Source: Devosia sp. (lineage in GTDB: Bacteria; Pseudomonadota; Alphaproteobacteria; Rhizobiales; Devosiaceae). Taken from it: DNA of 64,000 nucleotides. The stretch covers positions 247,010 through 311,009 of the forward strand of contig CP051235.1 in assembly GCA_017794705.1 (NCBI GenBank). The letters are read 5' to 3'. Under the pieces are notes generated by a model, which saw nothing but the letters and a program-made list of their open reading frames with translations, was not told the origin of the DNA and did no database searches. Both the position numbers and the translations under genes were made by a program. Each line of letters opens with the position of its first letter. Positions within the stretch are counted from its first letter, which is position 1. Positions 10,415-20,527 of this stretch are shown here, one piece after another.

Positions 10415-11209
10415 TCAGCCCTTGAGCAGTTTTTTTGTGGCGGCCGGCACGTCATCCTGACGCATCAGGCTTTCGCCGACGAGGAAAGTGGTGACCCCAG
10501 CTTCGGACTTCAGTTTCTGCAAGTGCTTGTGGTCGAGGATGCCGCTTTCACTGACCAGAAGCGTGTCACTGGGCACGCCGGGCGACAGATCGATGGTGGT
10601 GTCGATGCGGGTTTCAAAAGTGCGCAGGTTGCGGTTGTTGACGCCGATCATGTCGGCATCGAGGGCGAGCGCGCGGTCCATTTCGACGTGGTCGTGGACT
10701 TCGACGAGCGCATCCATGTGCCATTCATGGGCGGCGTCGATGAGGAAACGGGCCGCATCATCGCCCACGGCGGAGAGGATGACCAGAATGCAGTCGGCGC
10801 CAAGCGCGCGGGATTCAACGACCTGATAAGTCTCCAGCATGAAGTCCTTTCGCAGGACAGGCAGATTGGTGGCGGCACGGGCCTCGACGAGATAGCGCGG
10901 GGCGCCCTGAAAGGATGGATTGTCGGTGAGCACTGACAGACAGGTGGCGCCGCCGATTTCATAGTCACGGGCGATCTGGGACGGGTCGAAATCGGGGCGG
11001 ATCAGACCCTTTGACGGGCTGGCCTTCTTGACCTCGGCGATCAGGCCGAATTCGCCAGCGGCGCGCTTTTCGAGCAGCGCCTTGCGGAAGCCGCGCACCG
11101 GCAAGGCATCATGGGCACGGGCAACCACTTCGTCCCAGGGCTGGGCAAACTTGGCTGCGGCGACTTCCTCGCGCTTGTACTCAGTGATGCGGTCGAGAAT
11201 GTCGTTCAT
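10415..11209 (-). CDS. trpC: indole-3-glycerol phosphate synthase
   Basis: [36 protein letters not shown] is the canonical TrpC sequence. Confidence 0.9.
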   Translation of the reverse strand: MNDILDRITEYKREEVAAAKFAQPWDEVVARAHDALPVRGFRKALLEKRAAGEFGLIAEVKKASPSKGLIRPDFDPSQIARDYEIGGATCLSVLTDNPSFQGAPRYLVEARAATNLPVLRKDFMLETYQVVESRALGADCILVILSAVGDDAARFLIDAAHEWHMDALVEVHDHVEMDRALALDADMIGVNNRNLRTFETRIDTTIDLSPGVPSDTLLVSESGILDHKHLQKLKSEAGVTTFLVGESLMRQDDVPAATKKLLKG

Positions 11210-11212
11210 TTG

Positions 11213-12223
11213 CTATCCGTTTGACACTTCAACGAGTTTGGCCAGCGTGTCGCGGGCCTTGCCGCTGTCGATGGTTTGCGCGGCCGAGGCGACGCCTTCT
11301 GTGAGGTCTTTCACTTTGTCGGCAACGATCAGCGACGCGGCGGCGTTAAGCAGCACGATATCGCGGTAGGGGCCGGTTTCGCCTTCCAGCAGGCGGGTTA
11401 TGGCGGCAGCATTCTCGGCCGGGGTGCCGCCGAGCAGATCGGCGGGCCGGGCGCGGCTGAGCCCGGCCTGTTCGGGGGTGATCTCGAAACTGGTCAGATT
11501 GCCGTTCTTGACCTGCGCCACGAAGGTCGGGCCGGTGGTGGTGATTTCGTCGAGGCCGTCGCTGCCGTGGACGACCCAGGCGGAGGTGGCCCGGTTGGCG
11601 AGCAGCGCGGAGGCGACCGGTTCGACCCATTGCTGGTCGAAGACGCCGAGCATGTAGCGTTTGACGCCGGCCGGGTTGGATTGCGGGCCAAGCAGGTTGA
11701 ACATGGTGCGGGTGCCCAGTTCGACGCGGGTCGGGCCGACATATTTCATGGCCGGGTGATGGTTGGGTGCAAACATGAAGCCGATGCCGGCCTCGGTGAC
11801 GCAACGGGAAATGCCTTCCGGGGAGAGATCGAGCTGCACGCCAAGCTCCTGCAGGGCCTCAGCCGAGCCTGACTTCGATGAAAGCGCCTTGTTGCCGTGC
11901 TTGGCGACGGGCACGCCGCTGGCAGCGACGACGATGGCGGTGGCGGTCGAGATGTTCAAAGTGCCGGAGGCATCGCCGCCGGTGCCGACAATGTCGATGG
12001 CATCGGCGGGGGCTTCGACACGGATCATCTTGTCGCGCATGATGGAGACGGCGGCGGCGATTTCGCCCGCGGTTTCACCCTTGACGCGAAGGGCCATCAG
12101 GAAGCCGCCGATCTGGGACGGTGTGGCTTCGCCGGACATGATCTTGCCCATCACGTCCCGCATTTCCGCGCCGGTCAGGTCTGCGCCCGTGCCCAGCTTG
12201 TTCAATGCACCCTTGATGTCCAT
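11213..12223 (-). CDS. trpD: anthranilate phosphoribosyltransferase
   Basis: 336 aa with [17 protein letters not shown] and [14 protein letters not shown] motifs. Confidence 0.9.
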   Translation of the reverse strand: MDIKGALNKLGTGADLTGAEMRDVMGKIMSGEATPSQIGGFLMALRVKGETAGEIAAAVSIMRDKMIRVEAPADAIDIVGTGGDASGTLNISTATAIVVAASGVPVAKHGNKALSSKSGSAEALQELGVQLDLSPEGISRCVTEAGIGFMFAPNHHPAMKYVGPTRVELGTRTMFNLLGPQSNPAGVKRYMLGVFDQQWVEPVASALLANRATSAWVVHGSDGLDEITTTGPTFVAQVKNGNLTSFEITPEQAGLSRARPADLLGGTPAENAAAITRLLEGETGPYRDIVLLNAAASLIVADKVKDLTEGVASAAQTIDSGKARDTLAKLVEVSNG

Positions 12224-12244
12224 GAGGTCCCCCGGTTGGATTGA

Positions 12245-12841
12245 TCAGGCCGCGCGGCCAAGATTGAAGTCGCGCGCGATATTCAGAAAGTTCTGCAGGA
12301 TGGCGTGGCCATGCTCGGAAGCGATGCTTTCGGGATGGAACTGAACGCCGTGCGTCGGGTCGGTGCGGTGCTGAAGCCCCATGATCACTTCGTCGTCGCT
12401 GGTGGCCGTGATCTCGAGCGTCTCCGGGAAGGTCTCGGGTTTGACCGCGAGGGAATGGTAGCGGGTGGCGGTGAAATCCTTGTTCACACCCCGGAACACG
12501 CCCTTGCCGGTGTGATGGATGACCGAGGTTTTGCCGTGCATCATTTGCGGCGCGCGGATGATGTCGCCGCCCATGGCCTGGGCGATGGACTGCAGGCCGA
12601 GGCAGACGCCGAAGATCGGGATTTCGGTGTGGAAGCGCTGGACCAGCGGCACGCAGACGCCGGCTTCTGTTGGTGTACATGGACCGGGCGACAGGACGAT
12701 GGCGTCGGGGGAGAGGTCAGCGATCTCGTTGAGGGTGATCTTGTCGTTGCGCACGACTTCGAGTTCAGCCCCCAGTTCGCCGAGGAAGTGCACCAGATTG
12801 TAGGTGAAACTGTCGTAATTATCGATGACGAGCGTTTGCAT
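12245..12841 (-). CDS. trpG: anthranilate synthase component II (glutamine amidotransferase)
   Basis: MQTLVIDNYDSFTYNLVHFLGELG..GVCLG..HPES is the class I GATase triad context. The start is at M79 of the track ORF (ATG 12841), giving 198 aa. Confidence 0.85.
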   Translation of the reverse strand: MQTLVIDNYDSFTYNLVHFLGELGAELEVVRNDKITLNEIADLSPDAIVLSPGPCTPTEAGVCVPLVQRFHTEIPIFGVCLGLQSIAQAMGGDIIRAPQMMHGKTSVIHHTGKGVFRGVNKDFTATRYHSLAVKPETFPETLEITATSDDEVIMGLQHRTDPTHGVQFHPESIASEHGHAILQNFLNIARDFNLGRAA

Positions 12842-12852
12842 CCTGAACCTGT

Positions 12853-14367
12853 CTATTGGCCGATCCCGGCTTCGCCAGCATAGCGTAATGCCTCTTCTGC
12901 GGCACTGAAAAGTGCGCGGGCCTTGTTCTGGCATTCCAGCTGTTCGAGTTCGGGCACTGAATCGGCGACGATGCCGGCGCCGGCCTGCACGTACAGCTTG
13001 TTGTCCTTGAGGATGGCGGTGCGCAGGACGATGCAGGTGTCCATGTAGCCGTCGGCACCGAAATAGCCGACGCAACCGGCGTAAATGCCCCGGCGGACGC
13101 TTTCCAGCTCGTCGATGATTTCCATGGCGCGGACCTTGGGGGCACCGGAGACGGTGCCGGCGGGGAAACCACCGGCGAGGGCGTCAACGTAATCATACTT
13201 ATCGCTGTCAAGCTGGCCGACGACGTTGGAGACGATGTGCATGACGTGCGAATAGTATTCGAGGAAGAATTTGTCGGTGACCTCGACGGTGCCAATCTTG
13301 GCGACGCGGCCAACATCGTTGCGGCCGAGGTCAAGGAGCATGAGGTGTTCGGCGAGTTCCTTGGGATCGGCGAGCAGTTCCTCGGCGAGTTCGCGGTCGC
13401 GGGCGGGTGTGCTGCCGCGTTTACGGGTACCTGCGATGGGGCGGATGGTGACTTCGCCCTTGTCGACACGGACCAGGATTTCCGGGCTGGATCCGGCGAC
13501 GCTGAACTCGCCGAAATCGAGGAAATACATGTAGGGCGACGGATTGGTGCGGCGCAGGGCCCGGTAAAGCGCGGTGGGCGGCAGGGTGAATTCGGCCGAG
13601 AAGCGCTGACTGAGCACGACCTGGAAAATGTCGCCGGCCTTGATGTATTCCTGCGCCTTTCTGACCATCGCCATATATTCTTCTGGGGTGGTGTTCGAGG
13701 TGACCTCGATGCTTTCGATGTCGGGCAGGTCACGGGAATGCGGGTACGGGCGTTCGAGCCGCGCGATGGCATCTTCGATGCGGTTGGTGGCGCTTTCGTG
13801 GGCCTGACGGGCGGTGACACCATTACGCGGATAGACCGGGGCGGTGATGTAGAGCTCATCCTTGAGCGTATCGAAAACAGCAAGGAGCGTGGGACGGATC
13901 AGGATGGCGTCGGGCGTGCCCATGGTGTCGGGATTTTCGTCGGGCAAGACTTCCATGTGCCGGACCATGTCGTAGCCCAGATAGCCATAAAGGCCCGCTG
14001 AAGGAGCCGGAATGCCGGTGGGTGCCTTGACCTGGGATTCGCTGACCAGCGCGCGCAGCGTGTCGAGCGGCGGCGTATCGACGCGCTCGAAGGCATCTGC
14101 GTCGGTGGCGGCGCGGCGGTTGACGTATGCAATGCCGTCCTCGACCTTGAAGATCAGGTCCGGTTCCAGCCCGATGATGGAATGTCGGCCCTTGCGGGTG
14201 CCGTCCTCAACCGATTCCAGAAGCAAGGAATTGTGCTTGCCCTGGGACAGTTTCAGGTACGTGCTGACCGGCGTTTCGAGATCGGCGACAACACGGCGCC
14301 ACAGGATCTGGCTCTCGCCAGCGTCATAGCGCGCCGCAAAATCCTCAAATCCGTCGGTCTGGGTCAT
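12853..14367 (-). CDS. trpE: anthranilate synthase component I
   Basis: 504 aa with LLESVEDG, GAPKVRAMEIIDELE and GGAVGY-like motifs. It is separate from trpG, not the fused TrpE(G) of Rhizobiaceae. Confidence 0.9.
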   Translation of the reverse strand: MTQTDGFEDFAARYDAGESQILWRRVVADLETPVSTYLKLSQGKHNSLLLESVEDGTRKGRHSIIGLEPDLIFKVEDGIAYVNRRAATDADAFERVDTPPLDTLRALVSESQVKAPTGIPAPSAGLYGYLGYDMVRHMEVLPDENPDTMGTPDAILIRPTLLAVFDTLKDELYITAPVYPRNGVTARQAHESATNRIEDAIARLERPYPHSRDLPDIESIEVTSNTTPEEYMAMVRKAQEYIKAGDIFQVVLSQRFSAEFTLPPTALYRALRRTNPSPYMYFLDFGEFSVAGSSPEILVRVDKGEVTIRPIAGTRKRGSTPARDRELAEELLADPKELAEHLMLLDLGRNDVGRVAKIGTVEVTDKFFLEYYSHVMHIVSNVVGQLDSDKYDYVDALAGGFPAGTVSGAPKVRAMEIIDELESVRRGIYAGCVGYFGADGYMDTCIVLRTAILKDNKLYVQAGAGIVADSVPELEQLECQNKARALFSAAEEALRYAGEAGIGQ

Positions 14368-14378
14368 TTTGGCCCGGC

Positions 14379-16250
14379 TCAGTTGGCGTCCAGGCCAAGG
14401 ACCTGACGCAGGACAGTCTGGTTGATGCGCAGTTCGGCGTCGCTCCGCAGACCACCAGCAAAATCCGAGAAGAGATTGTTGCGGTAGTTGTTGGTGACGA
14501 ACTGGGACTCGGAAGCGGAAAGCGGCTCTTCCGATGTGCGGATGGTCGTGACCTCGAAGACCACGAACTGGCCACTGGCGGTGCGGGCCGAGCCGATGTG
14601 ACCGACGCCGCCGCCAAAGGCCGCGGTGGCCACGGCCTGGGTGATCGTGTCAGACCCGTCGCCGCCACGATCGAAGGGCGCAGATATCTCGGGGAACAAG
14701 TTGTTGTTGACCGCCACCATCTCGAACGGTTCGCCGGAGGCGAGGGCGGTGACGATTTCTGTGGCTTTTTCGCTGAGGGCAACGTCCTGGCGTTCTGCCA
14801 TGATGTCGGCGAAGACTTCGTCGCGGACTTCATCAAGGGTCTGATCGCGGGCTTCCTCGGTGCTGTTGAGGTCGAACCAGACCGTCTTGTTGGCACTGAG
14901 GGGGACAGACGGGGTCAACTGGCCGTCAGTGCCGGCGAAGATCCGCTGTGCGACTTCGGAGGCTTCGGCCGCGGTCATGCCGCCGACGCCTTCAAGGGCT
15001 GCGCCGCCGGCCGTGACGTCGATTGTCTGGACGGTGAGGCCGGAACCGGCAGCGATCTCATCAAGCTCAATAAAGGCGGCGCGCTGTTCCTCGATGCTGT
15101 CGAGCACGTCGATATAGTCTTCGCGGCCCCGGGCGGTGCGCAGGCGATCCTCAACTTGATCGCGCGCTTGTTCAAAGCTCATCTGGCCGCCGGGTTCAAT
15201 CTCCGAGACATAGATGGCGCGTTGCCCCATGACGCCCGGGATGATGGTGTATTCGCCTTCTTCCAGCGAGAAGGCGGCTTCAGCCAGGGCGCTGTCGTTG
15301 ATCGCCGCCTGGGCGAGGCTGCCGAGAGAAGTTGGCGTGAGGCCGGTTTCTTCAAGCAGGGTCTCAAAACTCTTGCCGTTCTGCTGGCCAAGCTCGAACC
15401 AGCGGACTGTGGCGTCTGCCGGGAGTGGCAATTGGGAAATGGTGCGGCGTTCGATGCGGATGTAGTTCTGGCTCGTACGGTCGTATTCGGCGATGATTTC
15501 GGCTTCCGGGATTTCATAGCCTTCGGCCAGAATCTCGGGGGTCAGCACCATGACATCGACATTGCGCGTTTCTTCAGTGCGGTAGTCGGTCTGGTTTGCT
15601 GCCAGATACTCGGCCAGTTCCTCTTCGGTCGGTTCGGCAACCGGCAGGAGATTGTCGGTCGAAAGGATCATGTAGTTGATGATGCGCTGGTCGTCGCCAT
15701 AGCGCCGGAACAGCAATTCCATCGTGTCGGGTGCCGGCAGTTCGGAGAACAGGGCCATGGCCAGCTGTTCGCGGCGGGCGGCGTCGCGGCGGGACTGGAA
15801 GAATTCGCTTTCGGTATAGCCGTTGCGCTGCAGCACCAGTTCGAACGTGTCGCGGTCAAAGCCACCCAGCGTGCCGCCGAAAGACGGGTCACTCCGCAAC
15901 TGTTCGGAAATGCGTTCGTCGGTGACACCGAGCCCGTATTCATTGCCAAGCGAGGTGAGCACTTTTTCGGTGGCGAGGCGGTTCAGCACATTGGTAGGAA
16001 TGCCAAGTTGGAGGGCCAGTTCGGGCGTCGGAACCTGGCCGATTTGCTGGGCGGTGGCATTCAATTCAGTCTGGTAGGCGCGCTGGAAATCGAGTGAAGA
16101 TATGTCACGGCCGCCGACCTGGGCCACGGTGTTGGCGCCAACGCTGGTCAGGACACCGGACACGCCGAAACCGGCAAGGCCAATCAGAAGGAACGCTCCC
16201 AAGATCTTGCCGGGCAAAGTGGTGGCAAACTTACGAAGATTGTCGAGCAT
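14379..16250 (-). CDS. ppiD: periplasmic chaperone / peptidyl-prolyl isomerase PpiD-like (SurA N-terminal domain protein)
   Basis: 623 aa. It has an N-terminal membrane anchor MLDNLRKFATTLPGKILGAFLLIGLAGFGV followed by a long periplasmic chaperone-like region, as in alphaproteobacterial PpiD. Confidence 0.7.
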   Translation of the reverse strand: MLDNLRKFATTLPGKILGAFLLIGLAGFGVSGVLTSVGANTVAQVGGRDISSLDFQRAYQTELNATAQQIGQVPTPELALQLGIPTNVLNRLATEKVLTSLGNEYGLGVTDERISEQLRSDPSFGGTLGGFDRDTFELVLQRNGYTESEFFQSRRDAARREQLAMALFSELPAPDTMELLFRRYGDDQRIINYMILSTDNLLPVAEPTEEELAEYLAANQTDYRTEETRNVDVMVLTPEILAEGYEIPEAEIIAEYDRTSQNYIRIERRTISQLPLPADATVRWFELGQQNGKSFETLLEETGLTPTSLGSLAQAAINDSALAEAAFSLEEGEYTIIPGVMGQRAIYVSEIEPGGQMSFEQARDQVEDRLRTARGREDYIDVLDSIEEQRAAFIELDEIAAGSGLTVQTIDVTAGGAALEGVGGMTAAEASEVAQRIFAGTDGQLTPSVPLSANKTVWFDLNSTEEARDQTLDEVRDEVFADIMAERQDVALSEKATEIVTALASGEPFEMVAVNNNLFPEISAPFDRGGDGSDTITQAVATAAFGGGVGHIGSARTASGQFVVFEVTTIRTSEEPLSASESQFVTNNYRNNLFSDFAGGLRSDAELRINQTVLRQVLGLDAN

Positions 16251-16388
16251 TCAAGCACTTCCAATTTTTGGCAAATCGCTGGCGTAACCGTGACTTGCCG
16301 TGACGCATCAACCTGATATGAACGCTGCGCAGCATTCAACGCGTTCGGTTACGGCAAACCGCGGTTACACGCAAGTGAAAGGCAGAAA

Positions 16389-17141
16389 ATGGCTTCCTCA
16401 GCTCCGAAACTGATCGCCGGAAACTGGAAGATGAACGGGGTGAAAGCCGATCTTGCCGAGGTCGAAACGCTGGTGCAGGCGCTGGGCAACCTTGCGCCGG
16501 ACTGTATCGTGGCTGTTTGTCCGCCAGCGACGCTGTTGCAGCAGGTGTCCGCCAAGTCCGGCAAGGGTACGATCAAGACGGGCGGGCAGGATTGCCATGT
16601 CGCCGAAAAGGGCGCGTTCACTGGAGATATCGGCGCGGCAATGCTGCGTGACGCCGGGGCGAGTTATGTGATCGTTGGTCACAGCGAGCGCCGGACCCTG
16701 CATGCGGAAACGGATGGAATGGTGAAGGCCAAGGCGCGGGCGGCGCTGGACGCCAGGCTGACGCCGATCATCTGCGTGGGTGAGACGCAGCGCGAACGGG
16801 AGAACGGGGTTGCGGTGACGGTTGTCGAGCAGCAGCTCAACGGCTCGACGCCGGCGCTCAAGGCTGGCGAGACGATGGTGATCGCCTATGAACCCGTCTG
16901 GGCAATCGGCACCGGGCTGGTGCCGAGCCTTGAGGATATTGCCGAAATGCATGGTGCCATCCGTGACTGGCTGGGCCGGCATGTGGGCGAGGCGGGTGCG
17001 CAGGTCTCGATCCTTTACGGCGGGTCGATGAAGCCGGACAATGCACGAGCCATTCTGGCAATCGATGATGTCGACGGCGGGCTGATCGGCGGGGCAAGTC
17101 TGAAGGTCGAGGAATTCCTGTCAATCATCCGCGCCGCTTGA
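16389..17141 (+). CDS. tpiA: triose-phosphate isomerase
   Basis: LIAGNWKMNG..VGHSERR..AYEPVWAIGTG are the canonical TIM motifs. Confidence 0.9.
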   Translation: MASSAPKLIAGNWKMNGVKADLAEVETLVQALGNLAPDCIVAVCPPATLLQQVSAKSGKGTIKTGGQDCHVAEKGAFTGDIGAAMLRDAGASYVIVGHSERRTLHAETDGMVKAKARAALDARLTPIICVGETQRERENGVAVTVVEQQLNGSTPALKAGETMVIAYEPVWAIGTGLVPSLEDIAEMHGAIRDWLGRHVGEAGAQVSILYGGSMKPDNARAILAIDDVDGGLIGGASLKVEEFLSIIRAA

Positions 17142-17258
17142 CGAGGTGCGGCGGTTTGCCCATATGCAACCGGTCGAATTTTTGGCACATGCGTGTGGTA
17201 ATTTACGGGCCGAAGTTGTAGAAGCCCATTTTTCCCAACCGGACTAGTTAGAATTCAC

Positions 17259-17711
17259 ATGGCGAACGTACTCATTGTTGCCTATTTGCTGATTGTCCTG
17301 GCGCTGATCGCGGTCATCCTGCTGCAACGCTCCGAAGGCGGTGCGCTGGGGATCGGCGGCGGCGGTGGAGGCGGTCTGGTGAGCGCACGAGGATCGGCGA
17401 ACCTGTTGAGCCGCACGACGGCCATTCTCGCTGCGCTGTTCATGGCGACGGCCATCGGGCTGACGATCATTACAGACCTCGACCGGTCAACAGATTCCAT
17501 CCTCGACAATGCCGCAGCGGGCGGTGGCGAAGCGACTTCGGTGCTCGACGCGCTCAATGCGCTGCAGGGCGATGAGGGCGACTTCAACCTGCCGGACGCT
17601 TCCGAGGAAGCCCCTGCGGAGGAAGCTCCCGCCGAGACTGCGCCCGCCGCAGACACGCCGGATCTGGCTCTGCCCGGTTCCGATGCGGAAGGGCAGCCTG
17701 CCGCGCAATAG
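17259..17711 (+). CDS. secG: preprotein translocase subunit SecG (with acidic low-complexity C-terminal tail)
   Basis: The N-terminal 75 aa read LIVAYLLIVLALIAVILLQRSEGGALGIGGGGGGGLVSARG, the SecG signature. The tail is rich in Ala, Glu and Pro. Confidence 0.8.
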   Translation: MANVLIVAYLLIVLALIAVILLQRSEGGALGIGGGGGGGLVSARGSANLLSRTTAILAALFMATAIGLTIITDLDRSTDSILDNAAAGGGEATSVLDALNALQGDEGDFNLPDASEEAPAEEAPAETAPAADTPDLALPGSDAEGQPAAQ

Positions 17712-17736
17712 GGGCGGGGCAAATCAATCAGGGAGG

Positions 17737-17766
17737 AGGGGATGTTCGCATCCCCTTCTTTTTTTG
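17737..17766 (+). terminator. rho-independent terminator after secG
   Basis: AGGGGATG-TTCG-CATCCCCT is followed by TCTTTTTTTT. Confidence 0.7.
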
Positions 17767-17827
17767 GGCAAAGACGGCGGGGAAGCCATTTTCCCCGCCC
17801 GAATCAGTTTTGAGATGATTAAGGTGA

Positions 17828-19462
<1,635 letters not shown>

Positions 19463-19527
19463 TCTCGAATTGATTGACAGGACTTTGCGGCAGACGCTTA
19501 GATTTGACGTCTGTTGTGGAGTTTCCG

Positions 19528-20514
19528 GTGTCGCAATCCATTGAATTTCCTGTGTTTGACCTCGCCGCCTTCGAGCGTGCGGGGGCCGATGAACGTGCGC
19601 GTTTGGGCGCAGAGATTGACGAGATCTGCCGCAGCACGGGGTTTCTGGCGATCAGCGGTCACGGTATCCGGGAGGATGTGATCGAGGGTGCCTGGCAAGC
19701 GGCCAAGGCGTTTTTCGATTTGCCGGCTGAGGAGAAGTTGAAGGCGAAAGCGCCATATGCGGGCTATCCCTATGGCTATATCGGGCCCGAACTGGAAGCT
19801 CTCGCGGCTTCGCGGGGCGAACAAACGCCGCCTGATCTGAAAGAGAGTTTCAACGGGGGGCCCTTGCGCGTGCCGGAGGGGCTGACGGACAAGGATGCGT
19901 TGGCGTTCTGTTATGCGCCGACGATCTGGCCCGCCGAACCGGCCGGTTTCAGGCAGGCCTGGGAGGCTTATTACGCGGCGCTTGAGGATCTGGCGGCGCG
20001 GATCATGCGGGCTTTTGCCGTTGCGCTGAAACTTCCCGAGGACTTTTTTGAAGAATATATCGATGCGCCGATCAGTGCGCTGCGGGCCCTGAACTACCCC
20101 GAGCAGGCGGTGCCCCCAAAACCGGGCCAGCTGCGCGCAGGGGCGCACTCCGACTATGGCAGTCTGACCATTTTATTGCCGCAGGCCGGGTCGGGCGGAT
20201 TGCAGATACTCAATCCGGCCGGGGAATGGGTGGAAGTGCCGCCAGTGCCGGGTGCCTTTGTCATCAATATCGGTGACCTGATGGCGCAGTGGACCAACGA
20301 CAGGTGGGTCTCGACGTTGCATCGGGTAGTCAATCCGGAGCTCAAGGCCGGGCAGTCGTCGCGCCGGCAATCTTTTGCGTTCTTTCACCAGCCGAACTGG
20401 TTTGCCGAGATCAAGTGTATCGAGGCGTGCCTGGCGACGGGAGAGCAGCCCAGATATGCACCCGTTCTGTCGGGGCCGTATCTGATGAATAAATTCAAGT
20501 CGACTGTGAAGTAA
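19528..20514 (+). CDS. 2-oxoglutarate/Fe(II)-dependent oxygenase (isopenicillin N synthase family)
   Basis: IEFPVFDL..GFLAISGHGI..LNYP..GAHSDYGSLTILLQ-like..STLHRV are 2OG-FeII_Oxy motifs, including the H-x-D...H triad context. GTG at 19528 lies 7 nt after GGAG. Confidence 0.75.
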   Translation: MSQSIEFPVFDLAAFERAGADERARLGAEIDEICRSTGFLAISGHGIREDVIEGAWQAAKAFFDLPAEEKLKAKAPYAGYPYGYIGPELEALAASRGEQTPPDLKESFNGGPLRVPEGLTDKDALAFCYAPTIWPAEPAGFRQAWEAYYAALEDLAARIMRAFAVALKLPEDFFEEYIDAPISALRALNYPEQAVPPKPGQLRAGAHSDYGSLTILLPQAGSGGLQILNPAGEWVEVPPVPGAFVINIGDLMAQWTNDRWVSTLHRVVNPELKAGQSSRRQSFAFFHQPNWFAEIKCIEACLATGEQPRYAPVLSGPYLMNKFKSTVK

Positions 20515-20527
20515 GGGGACGGCGAGG

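Noticed and set aside
12842-13075. N-terminal extensions of the longest ORFs. Examples are trpG to 13075, lipA from 35545, epimerase from 24044, LOG from 22822, dgoK to 5979, lexA to 8687, rlpA to 59516 and dusB from 38708.
   Set aside because: The extensions are Arg/Pro-rich, overlap upstream genes and lack an RBS. Family-typical N-termini and RBS or stop-start coupling support the internal starts listed in the features.
12819-13883. 354-aa same-strand alternative-frame ORF inside trpE/trpG
   Set aside because: The product is extremely rich in Ser, Pro, Thr and Ala, which is typical of an off-frame reading of GC-rich coding DNA. The trpE frame is clearly the real one. There is no RBS and no independent evidence for an overlapping gene.
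14598-16097. 499-aa plus-strand ORF opposite ppiD. Similar long antisense ORFs occur at 2252..3361(-), 4498..5679(+), 6201..7376(-), 46456..47823(-) and 49670..50965(-).
   Set aside because: All lie antisense to genes with clear family signatures. They have Gly/Arg/Ala/Asp-biased low-complexity products and lack recognisable motifs. I treated them as stop-codon-poor antisense frames.
17183-17198. TGGCAC (a sigma-54 -24-like element) upstream of secG
   Set aside because: The sequence 5 nt downstream is TGTGG rather than TTGC(A/T), so the -12 GC is missing. There is also no biological reason for sigma-54 control of secG.
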